Shown: positions 1-8,218 of the stretch, piece by piece
Position numbering within the stretch: the stretch's first letter is position 1
How the letters are laid out: the number at the start of each line of letters is the position of its first letter
Source: Clostridiaceae bacterium
Lineage (GTDB): Bacteria; Bacillota; Clostridia; CAYPLH01; DUMO01
NCBI GenBank assembly: GCA_012839865.1
Contig: DUMO01000051.1
Span: forward strand, 1 to 64,000
Direction of reading: 5' to 3'
Length of the DNA stretch: 64,000 nt
Translations under genes and position numbers: made by a program
Notes under the pieces: model-generated
What the model was told of the DNA's origin: nothing
The model's database searches: none
Seen by the model: the letters and a program-made list of their open reading frames with translations, nothing else

Positions 1-281
1 CTTATGGTTGTATTTATGGTTTTGACTATGAATGATTCAAAAACTTACACATGGTAAAGTTTCGTACCGAAACCCGGCTTTCATCTCCCCATTCAAATGC
101 GGAGGATTCCCGCCGGATTTACTAAAATTATTATTGACTGAAAAAGATTAAGGGAAGAGAAATTCCGAATGAAAGAATCCCTCCGGATTATAGCTGTTTA
201 AGTATAAATCACTGTAAATAAATGTTATAATAACTTATATGCCCGTAGCATTGGCATATAATCTGACTTTGGAGGGATCAT

Positions 282-602
282 ATGATAATTACAACGACAA
301 ATTGCGTTGAAGGCAGAAAAGTAGTTGAGTACAAAGGGATAGTATTCGGTGAAGTAATTTCCGGTGTAGATTTCATAAAAGATTTTGCTGCCGGACTGAC
401 AAACTTCTTTGGCGGGCGTTCAAGGTCCTACGAAGGAGAACTGATACAGGCAAGGGAATCAGCCATTTCAGAAATGGAGAAGAGGGCACAGGCCATAGGG
501 GCAAATGCAGTTATTGGAGTAGATATTGATTATGAAGTATTGGGGCAGGGCGGCAATATGCTCATGGTAACAGCTTCAGGTACTGCCGTCGTGCTGGAAT
601 GA
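282..602 (+). CDS. YbjQ/UPF0145 family protein
   Basis: 106 aa, MIITTT...[10 protein letters not shown]...FFGGRS..YE..L..ARE.A...M...A...[13 protein letters not shown] pattern typical of UPF0145; GGAGG RBS upstream. Confidence 0.93.
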   Translation: MIITTTNCVEGRKVVEYKGIVFGEVISGVDFIKDFAAGLTNFFGGRSRSYEGELIQARESAISEMEKRAQAIGANAVIGVDIDYEVLGQGGNMLMVTASGTAVVLE

Positions 603-799
603 TATAAACCACTTATTAAATCACCATTGTGCAGCTAATAAAGGTACTTGCAACATAGTTCCGCAATGTATGGAAAATGAAATGCTGCTTCAACCCAATC
701 TGTCTTCCGGCTTGATTAATATGTGCTTTGAGTTGTAACAACTTACTACCCAACAGAATAATATGTTCTGTAAGAATTTTTATGAGGTGAGGTAGTGTT

Positions 800-925
800 A
801 TGTCGGAAGAAAGAGGTTTTGGATTTAACAATGAATGGATTTGGTGGGTAATAATAATTCTTCTTATTATTTGCCTGTGCAATCCGGGATTCTTCGGTGG
901 ATTTGGTTGTGGTTTCAAAAACTAA
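800..925 (+). CDS. 41-aa small membrane peptide MSEERGFGFNNEWIWWVIIILLIICLCNPGFFGGFGCGFKN (YjcZ/SscA-like sporulation peptide, inferred)
   Basis: Translated by hand: ATG at 800, TAA at 923-925; GAGGTGAGG RBS just upstream; one hydrophobic segment flanked by Gly/Phe-rich ends; below the ORF track length cutoff. Confidence 0.8.
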   Translation: MSEERGFGFNNEWIWWVIIILLIICLCNPGFFGGFGCGFKN

Positions 926-1133
926 ATAAACAGCGAGCGTAATTGTACATAGGAGGTTTATCCTCCTTATTTTTTTGCTTGACATCATTGGTAAAAAGCA
1001 TTAATCTATATTAGTGAATCGGTTGTCTTGCCCATGTATACAATTATTGATTAAATTCTTAAATATAAGCAGGATTAATTCGTTTCAATTTAAAAGAATT
1101 AAAACTATTTTTTTATAGTGAAAGGAGCATTTT

Positions 1134-1316
1134 ATGGCTACTAAAGCGCATCGTGGAAAAACACTTTATACCGAAAAGGCTCGCGGGAGAGGCACTTGCC
1201 CCGTATGTAAGGCTACCAGAATCAAGGTTTTATATGATTTGGTAATAGATGATAAAAAGACTGTTAAAGTATGTAAAAGGTGCCAGCATAAAAAAGCATC
1301 AGATATTAATATGTAA
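1134..1316 (+). CDS. Small basic zinc-ribbon protein (CxxC...CxxC), function unknown
   Basis: 60 aa with CPVC and CKRC; AAGGAG RBS; terminator follows. Confidence 0.8.
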   Translation: MATKAHRGKTLYTEKARGRGTCPVCKATRIKVLYDLVIDDKKTVKVCKRCQHKKASDINM

Positions 1317-1385
1317 TATTTTTTAGCTGTTTGATCGAAAAATCTCAAATGCTTTTTTAGTGAAATTTTTCTAAACAACCAAGTG

Positions 1386-1410
1386 AAGATTCCTTTCAGG
1401 AATCTTTTTT
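1386..1410 (+). terminator. Intrinsic terminator
   Basis: AAGATTCCT-TTC-AGGAATCTT followed by T run. Confidence 0.7.
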
Positions 1411-1544
1411 ATAAGCAAAAACTTTTACCGTTTAAGTGGAATGCGGTTGAAAGATTGTACCTATAATAATTGTTAAGGGTATAAATGTATTTTTTGCAAA
1501 AATGTATTTTAGGCATTAATCATGAAATATAAAGGAGATATTTT

Positions 1545-3242
1545 ATGTTTGACATTAGAAGAAAAATTGCGGGTATTTTGTGTGACGTTGTTGATTTGAG
1601 TGTTGATGACATATATTCCATGCTTGAGGTCCCACCTGATCCCAAAATGGGGGATCTTGCCCTTCCATGTTTTAAGCTGAGCAAAATACTTAAGAAGTCT
1701 CCTGTGATTATAGCCTCGGAGTTGGTGGAAAAAACACCGAAAAGCGAATATTTTGAAAAAATGCAGGCTGTCTCCGGATATTTAAACATATTCTTAAACA
1801 GAAAGTTTTTTATCAGGGAAGTTTTGAATGAAGTACTTGACCGCAAGGAGCTTTACGGTTCCAGTGACATAGGGAAGGGTAAGAACATAGTTATTGACTA
1901 TTCGGCACCAAATATTGCAAAGCCCTTTCATATAGGACATTTACGCTCTACCGTAATAGGCAATTCATTATATAAAATTTTTGAGTTCATGGGTTACAAT
2001 TGCATTGGAGTAAATCATCTTGGCGACTGGGGCACGCAGTTTGGCAAGCTGATAGTTGCATACAAAAAATGGGGAGACAGGGAAACAGTCGAAAAGGAAA
2101 AGATAAGTGAATTAATGCGGCTTTACGTGAAATTCCATGAAGAAGCTGAAAAAGACCCATCTTTGGAAGATGAAGCAAGAGCCTGGTTTACAAAAATGGA
2201 AAAGGGAGATAATGAAGCCCTGGAACTTTGGAGATGGTTCAGAGAATTAAGCCTTGCTGAGTTCAGCAAGGTATATGATATGCTGGGTGTAACCTTTGAC
2301 TCCTTTGCAGGGGAAAGTTTTTATGAAGATAAAATGCAAGCGGTAATTAAAGACCTGGAGAGTAAAGGTCTCCTTGAAGAAAGCCAGGGAGCCATGATAG
2401 TCAACCTTGAGAAGTATGATATGCCTCCCTGCCTGATACTGAAAAAAGATGGAAGCACCCTCTATGCCACCAGGGATATTACTGCTGCCATCTACCGGAA
2501 AAACACATATAATTTTGATAAGTGCATTTATGTTACTGCTTCAGCCCAATGCCTGCATTTTAAACAATGGTTCAAGGTAACCGGGCTTATGGGCTATGAA
2601 TGGGCTAAAGATCTGGTACATGTGCCCTTTGGTCTCGTTAGTATAGAAGGTGAGAAACTGGCAACAAGAAAAGGGAATGTAGTTCTTCTGGAGGACCTGC
2701 TTAACAAGGCCGTAAGCAAGACTTTGGAGATTATGGAAGAGAAAAACCCTGATTTACCGGATAAAGAACGAATTGCAAAGGAAGTTGGTATAGGCGCGGT
2801 AGTATTTAATGACCTCTCAAATAACAGAATTAAAGATATATCATTCTCGTGGAGTGAAGCTTTGAACTTTGACGGGGAGACCGGACCTTATGTGCAGTAC
2901 ACCCATGCAAGGACTTGCAGTGTTCTCCATAAAGCATGCTGTGAAATCATTGGGAGCTTTGATGAGAGCCTGATCAGTAATGATGATGAATATCAATTGG
3001 TAAAGACACTAAGCCTTTTCCCGGAGAAAGTGAAGCTTGCAATGGAGGAATATGAGCCCTCAATTATTTCCCGGTATCTTATAGACCTTGCCCAGGATTT
3101 CAACAGGTTCTATCATAACCAGTCAATACTTGTTGATGATAAAAGTCTGAGAAATGCAAGACTTGCTCTGGTACAGGCTGTAAAATATACACTCTCAGCC
3201 GGGCTGAAACTGATTGGGTTAAGTGCTCCTGAAAGAGTGTAG
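1545..3242 (+). CDS. argS: Arginine--tRNA ligase
   Basis: 565 aa; DYSAPNIAKPFHIGHLRS, HLGDWGTQFG, DALR-type C-terminal domain. Confidence 0.97.
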   Translation: MFDIRRKIAGILCDVVDLSVDDIYSMLEVPPDPKMGDLALPCFKLSKILKKSPVIIASELVEKTPKSEYFEKMQAVSGYLNIFLNRKFFIREVLNEVLDRKELYGSSDIGKGKNIVIDYSAPNIAKPFHIGHLRSTVIGNSLYKIFEFMGYNCIGVNHLGDWGTQFGKLIVAYKKWGDRETVEKEKISELMRLYVKFHEEAEKDPSLEDEARAWFTKMEKGDNEALELWRWFRELSLAEFSKVYDMLGVTFDSFAGESFYEDKMQAVIKDLESKGLLEESQGAMIVNLEKYDMPPCLILKKDGSTLYATRDITAAIYRKNTYNFDKCIYVTASAQCLHFKQWFKVTGLMGYEWAKDLVHVPFGLVSIEGEKLATRKGNVVLLEDLLNKAVSKTLEIMEEKNPDLPDKERIAKEVGIGAVVFNDLSNNRIKDISFSWSEALNFDGETGPYVQYTHARTCSVLHKACCEIIGSFDESLISNDDEYQLVKTLSLFPEKVKLAMEEYEPSIISRYLIDLAQDFNRFYHNQSILVDDKSLRNARLALVQAVKYTLSAGLKLIGLSAPERV

Positions 3243-3368
3243 TCCGTCTTACATCATTACATGCTGACATGCTTACATAAAATGTTTTATTTTCTGAAAA
3301 GGTGTAAGCCGGCACATGAGCAAATTCGTTTATTTTTAAAAGTATATAATAAAGGGAATGAATTTATT

Positions 3369-4133
3369 ATGATTTGCATAGGTACTGCCGGATACTCATA
3401 CGAGGACTGGGTAGGTCCCTTTTATCCTGAGGGCACCAAGTCATCTCAAATGCTGGAATATTATGCTTCCTGCTTCAACTTCGTCGAAATAAACAGCACC
3501 TATTATCATATGCCCGGATTACGGCTTTTTGATAGCCTGAACAGGAAAACTTCAAACGATTTCAAGCTTTCGGTGAAGCTTTTCAAAGGCTTTACCCACG
3601 AAGGGACGGGAAGCAGGGAAGAGGCGAAAAAATTTATATTTTCTCTTGAACCTGTAATCAAGTCAAATAAACTAATGTGTATACTGGCACAATTTCCATA
3701 TTCTTTTAATTACAGGCCTGAAAACATGGACCTTATTAAAATGCTTAGGGAGTGGTTCCCTGAGATTGACTTATCTGTTGAATTCCGAAACCATAATTGG
3801 ATTCGGCAAGAGGTCATGCAGCTTTTAAAATCTGAAAACCTTGGTTTTGTCTGTGTTGATGAGCCGGGGATAAAAGGCCTTGTAAAAAATGTCACCGCTG
3901 TTACTTCCGATATAGCCTATTTGCGTTTGCATGGCCGCAATGCAGGAAAATGGTATGGCAGTGAAGGCAATGAGCGTTATAACTACCTATATTCATGGGA
4001 TGAGTTGTATGAATGGGTTCCCAGGATAAAGGAAATGGAGAAAAGGGCTAAATTTATGGTAATCTCCTTCAATAATCATCCCTTGGGAAAAGCGGTTCAG
4101 AATGCGCGCATGATGGCAGAAATGCTGAAATAG
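3369..4133 (+). CDS. DUF72 domain protein
   Basis: IGTAGYSYEDWVGPFY, VEINSTYY, VEFRN, YLRLHGRN, YNYLYS, FNNH motifs; start moved to the ATG at 3369. Confidence 0.92.
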   Translation: MICIGTAGYSYEDWVGPFYPEGTKSSQMLEYYASCFNFVEINSTYYHMPGLRLFDSLNRKTSNDFKLSVKLFKGFTHEGTGSREEAKKFIFSLEPVIKSNKLMCILAQFPYSFNYRPENMDLIKMLREWFPEIDLSVEFRNHNWIRQEVMQLLKSENLGFVCVDEPGIKGLVKNVTAVTSDIAYLRLHGRNAGKWYGSEGNERYNYLYSWDELYEWVPRIKEMEKRAKFMVISFNNHPLGKAVQNARMMAEMLK

Positions 4134-4221
4134 CGTCTGGAATAAACTTAAAATATTTTTGGAACCTTCTTACTTTTATTAACGTCATACCAGACAACAA
4201 ATACATTAGGAAGGTGATTTT

Positions 4222-5031
4222 ATGTACAGGAAAATAGGGAAGGCAGCGCTGGCAATAGTATTGGTTTTTGCTTTGACAGTCGGGGTAATGATCTTTACAA
4301 GCGTATTGCAGCCTGTTCAGGCTACAGCAGAAGAAAAAACTGATGAAAAAGGCAACTTAAGTGTTAGTGGTTCATTCACTGTAAAGGTTTCTCCTGATAT
4401 TGCATATATTACAATCGGTATAAATACTTTTGCAGTAGATCCAAAGGATGCTCAAAAAGAAAACAGGGAGAAGATGGATCAGGTTTTTGAAAAACTGGTT
4501 GCATTGGGAATTGACAGCAAGGATATCCAGACCATGAATTATTCCATAACCCCAAGGTATGAGTATAAAAATATTGAAGAAAAAGATGAATACGGTAATC
4601 TTGTCCGCAGGGGTGAAAGTGTACTTACAGGATATAATGTTGACAATACAATCAGAGTTAATGTAAGAGATTTGCAGATTGTGGGAGACGTAATTGACGT
4701 AACTGTTGATGAAGGTATTAACAAGGCAAACTCCATAGCCTTTGGGATCAGTGACGCTGTAAGAGATGCAAAATATCTGGAAGCATTAAAAGGAGCAGCC
4801 GAGGCGGCAAAAGCCAAAGCGGAGACCCTTGCTGAAGTATATGGTATTCAGCTTGACATACCATACAGTGTAGTGGAAGGCAGTTCATATATACCCTCTC
4901 CAATATACAGAAATTTGGATTATGCAGCATGGGACAAAGGAATTGCTGCTGCAAATGAATCTGTTTCAACACCTATAGCAGCCGGAGAAATGGAAATAAG
5001 TGCAAACGTTACTGTAGTCTATAAATATTAA
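4222..5031 (+). CDS. SIMPL (DUF541) domain exported protein
   Basis: N-terminal signal/TM; VSG...V.PDIA.I..G, I.SKDIQT..YSI.PRY, GE.EISANVTVVY motifs. Confidence 0.9.
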   Translation: MYRKIGKAALAIVLVFALTVGVMIFTSVLQPVQATAEEKTDEKGNLSVSGSFTVKVSPDIAYITIGINTFAVDPKDAQKENREKMDQVFEKLVALGIDSKDIQTMNYSITPRYEYKNIEEKDEYGNLVRRGESVLTGYNVDNTIRVNVRDLQIVGDVIDVTVDEGINKANSIAFGISDAVRDAKYLEALKGAAEAAKAKAETLAEVYGIQLDIPYSVVEGSSYIPSPIYRNLDYAAWDKGIAAANESVSTPIAAGEMEISANVTVVYKY

Positions 5032-5246
5032 TAAATAGGGAGACTATTCTCCCGGTTTGGATTGAACCATGAGCATACCAGAGCAAATCAGGGGGTAAAC
5101 CCTCTGGTTTGCTTCTGATTTGGCTGAAACCTGGACGATTAAAGTTTTAAAATTTCTTCATGTTGTTTTCATATAAAGCTTTTCCGGACGCCTCCAAAGA
5201 GGCGTTCGGGGAAGCATGTTTTCTAAAACAAATTTATTTTTTACTA

Positions 5247-5275
5247 TTGTTTATATTAAAAATATCTGTTATAAT
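5247..5275 (+). promoter_or_regulatory. Sigma-A promoter of the tRNA gene
   Basis: TTGTTT-17 bp-TATAAT with extended TG. Confidence 0.7.
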
Positions 5276-5290
5276 TGTTTCTGTTGACAC

Positions 5291-5366
5291 GGCCCATTGG
5301 TCAAGCGGCCTAAGACTCCGCCCTCTCACGGCGGCAACAGGGGTTCGAATCCCCTATGGGTCACCA
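5291..5366 (+). tRNA. tRNA-Glu (anticodon CUC)
   Basis: GGCCCAT/ATGGGTC acceptor stem, CCGCC-CTCTCAC-GGCGG anticodon arm, GGTTCGAATCC T-arm, encoded CCA. Confidence 0.97.
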
Positions 5367-5367
5367 C

Positions 5368-5401
5368 AAAAGCGCCTTTATGAAAGAAGGCGCTTTTTTT
5401 T
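5368..5401 (+). terminator. tRNA terminator
   Basis: AAAAGCGCCTT...AAGGCGCTTTT plus T run. Confidence 0.8.
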
Positions 5402-5484
5402 CAAGTCTTGCTTACATGATTTGAAAAGCTAGCCTGCCATCTCCAGTTGGCAGTATTAAAAAACTGTTTTTTTGGGGGTTTGGG

Positions 5485-6339
5485 ATGAAGAAAATTATAA
5501 TTGCTTCTTTGTTTGTATTACTTTTCTTGTTTGTATATTTATTTTTTCAACTTGGATTAAACACTTTATTTGGCTTTATAGTTACGATGTTATGTTTATT
5601 CAAATATGAAGGAAATATTGATGTACCCCAATTGATTGCCGAAGTGGAATCAATTGTTTTGAATAACACCCTTTATATATTGCTTATATCTGCTGTTGTT
5701 TCCCTGCCAATTTATTATGTTATATGCAGGCTCAGGCATCAGAATATCTTCAGGGTATGTGAGTTTAATAAAACAAAGGGAGCAGTAATAATTTTAACTG
5801 CCATCCTGGGTATTGCTTCAAGTATATTTCTTTCATCTGTTTTGAGCTTTATTCCTGTCGGGGATTGGTTTCCTGAACACGAAAGGCTGATGTCCATATT
5901 AATCGGTGGGAACAACCTGTTTGTGATTTTACTTGTAACAGGTATTGTTGCACCCTTTATTGAGGAATTGATATTCAGAGGTCTCATCCTGAATGAATTA
6001 AACAAAGTAACGTCGGTAACTTTGGCAGTCGTAATTCAGGGTGTGCTGTTCGGCCTGTATCACCTGAACCCCCTTCAATTCATATATGGAACCTTGCTGG
6101 GCTTATTACTCGGGTATGTTGCCGTCTGGACAAAATCAATATGGCCGTCGATAATCCTGCATGTATTTATAAACAGCACCAGCACCGTAATTGGTACATT
6201 TATGACAGACGAGTTTATGATGACTTACAGGTATTGGCTCCTGGCTGTATGTCTGGTGATTATAGCGGCAATAACAGCTTTTCTTTTTAAGAACAGGGGA
6301 AGAGAGGCAATTTCAAATTACAGCGAACTTGAATCGTGA
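5485..6339 (+). CDS. CPBP (CAAX-like, Abi) intramembrane glutamic endopeptidase
   Basis: Multi-TM; EELIFRG, FGLYH and HVFIN motifs intact. Confidence 0.92.
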   Translation: MKKIIIASLFVLLFLFVYLFFQLGLNTLFGFIVTMLCLFKYEGNIDVPQLIAEVESIVLNNTLYILLISAVVSLPIYYVICRLRHQNIFRVCEFNKTKGAVIILTAILGIASSIFLSSVLSFIPVGDWFPEHERLMSILIGGNNLFVILLVTGIVAPFIEELIFRGLILNELNKVTSVTLAVVIQGVLFGLYHLNPLQFIYGTLLGLLLGYVAVWTKSIWPSIILHVFINSTSTVIGTFMTDEFMMTYRYWLLAVCLVIIAAITAFLFKNRGREAISNYSELES

Positions 6340-6433
6340 TTATTGCATCTTTATTTCAATACGCTTGCAAGATGACTATTTGCAAGCAATGCGAAAAAGC
6401 AAATACACTTGTTTGCAGTATTGAAAACGCCTG

Positions 6434-8218
6434 TTACACCGCATCCAAAAACCTGTATTGGGATTTGCACAAATTATAGTAGATGCCTTTAGCTTTCAGC
6501 AATTCATAATGATTGCCGCACTCTGCTATCTGGCCGTTATCCACCACCATTATTCTGTCTGCCTTTCTGATAGTCGAAAGCCTGTGTGCAATAACAAAGG
6601 ATGTTCTGCCGCTCAGGACAGTCTCAATAGCTTTTTGAATCAGCAATTCGGTGTGAGTGTCAATACTTGATGTTGCTTCATCCAATATGAGTATCCGTGG
6701 ATTTGCCAGGAGAGCCCGTGCAAAAGAAATCAACTGCTTTTGACCGATGGAAAGCCTTGAACCACGTTCGTTAACCTCGGTATAATATCCGTTTTCCATT
6801 TGGACTATAAAGTCATGGGCATGTACGGCCTTTGCGCAGGCTATAATTTCTTCTTCAGTGGCATCAATTTTACCATACCGGATGTTATCCATGATTGTGC
6901 CCGAGAAGATAAATGAATCCTGAAGCATGACACCCATTTGCTTTCTAAGGGATTTGAGGGTGACATCCTTCACGTTATAGCCGTCAATCCTTACTTCTCC
7001 GGAAGTTGTATCGTAAAACCTGCTTATAAGGTTGACAACGGTACTTTTACCTGCACCGGTTGGTCCAACAAGGGCTATTGTCTCACCTGGATTGACTCTA
7101 AAACTTACATTGTGTAAAACAATTTTATCGGTATCATAACCGAAAGTGACATTATCAAACTCGACTTCTCCTTTAATTTCGGGAATATCTACAGCGTTCG
7201 GGACATCCTTTATCAAAGGAGGCGTATCCATTATTTCAAAAATGCGTTCTGTTGATGCCATTGCTATTAAAATTTGATTATAGAAGTTTGACAGTTTGTT
7301 TAGCGGGTCCCAAAACCTTCCCAGGTATGAGATAATTGCCGTGAGGATTCCGATGGTTACTGCTCCGGTATCTATCATTCTTACCCCAAAGAAAAAAACC
7401 AGTGCTTTTCCGATTGCAGACACAACGTTCAATGAAGGCCAGAAGGTATGGTTTACAATGACTGCCTTCATCCAGGAGGTTTTTATATCCTCATTCAGCT
7501 CATTTTGTATCCTGGCGTTTTCCTTCTCCCGCACAAAGGCTTGCGTAACCCGCATACCTGCAAGGGTTTCATGAAGATAAGCATTCATATTTGAACTTTT
7601 TCTTCTTACATTCTGCCAGCGTGTCAATATCATGCGTTTAAGCTTGAATGCGATTAATATCAACAGAGGTATTGTTGAAATGGATATCAGTGTAAGTTTC
7701 ACATTGAGGCTCAGCATCAAACCCAATATAACAAATATTGTAGCGCAGTCAATCAGCACATTTATTATTCCGTCGGTAAACAAACCCATCAATGAGTTGA
7801 CGTCATTTATAACCCTGACCATTATTTTCCCGGCAGGCCTGCTGTCAAAAAATGATAGGGAAAGGGATTGAATATGGTCAAAAAGGTCTTCCCTTAGTTT
7901 GGCAATTGCACTTCGCCCTAAAGTGTCCATTATCTTAACCCTGTATCTTAAGCATAGGGCACTTATCAAATTCGAAAGAAAAAACAGAAGTATTATCCAA
8001 TGAATTCCTTCCAGCTTGCCAGGTGAAATGTAATTATCAATTGCCAGCTTGGTAAAATACGGCCCCGATAAACTGCATAATGCGGCTGTAATCATTAAAA
8101 ACAGTGACAATAGCAGCTTGCTTTTATATGGTTTCAGGTAGGATAATAAACGTGAAAACTGTTTCCAGTTAAAAGGCCTTTCCAGCACTTCATCATCAAT
8201 CAGCCTGTTTTTTATCAT
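6434..8218 (-). CDS. Type IV ABC exporter half-transporter (TMD-NBD), subunit 2
   Basis: TMD then GPTGAGKS, LSIGQKQL, ILILDE, IAHR. Confidence 0.95.
   Translation of the reverse strand: MIKNRLIDDEVLERPFNWKQFSRLLSYLKPYKSKLLLSLFLMITAALCSLSGPYFTKLAIDNYISPGKLEGIHWIILLFFLSNLISALCLRYRVKIMDTLGRSAIAKLREDLFDHIQSLSLSFFDSRPAGKIMVRVINDVNSLMGLFTDGIINVLIDCATIFVILGLMLSLNVKLTLISISTIPLLILIAFKLKRMILTRWQNVRRKSSNMNAYLHETLAGMRVTQAFVREKENARIQNELNEDIKTSWMKAVIVNHTFWPSLNVVSAIGKALVFFFGVRMIDTGAVTIGILTAIISYLGRFWDPLNKLSNFYNQILIAMASTERIFEIMDTPPLIKDVPNAVDIPEIKGEVEFDNVTFGYDTDKIVLHNVSFRVNPGETIALVGPTGAGKSTVVNLISRFYDTTSGEVRIDGYNVKDVTLKSLRKQMGVMLQDSFIFSGTIMDNIRYGKIDATEEEIIACAKAVHAHDFIVQMENGYYTEVNERGSRLSIGQKQLISFARALLANPRILILDEATSSIDTHTELLIQKAIETVLSGRTSFVIAHRLSTIRKADRIMVVDNGQIAECGNHYELLKAKGIYYNLCKSQYRFLDAV

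Noticed and set aside
59..120. Guanidine-I/ykkC riboswitch on the minus strand (GATGAAAGCCGGG)
   Set aside because: Only a partial P3-like match; the 5' CTAGGGTTCCG element is absent
616..988. Minus-strand ORFs 616-918 and 746-988
   Set aside because: Shadows of the + strand 41-aa gene at 800-925, which has the much better RBS and protein-like composition
1410..1544. T-box leaders before argS or gltX-glnS (also 22623-22938)
   Set aside because: No GGTGGNACCGCG T-box sequence, and the argS leader is too short
5340..5500. Prophage or ICE att site at tRNA-Glu
   Set aside because: No second copy of the tRNA 3' end and no integrase seen in the window
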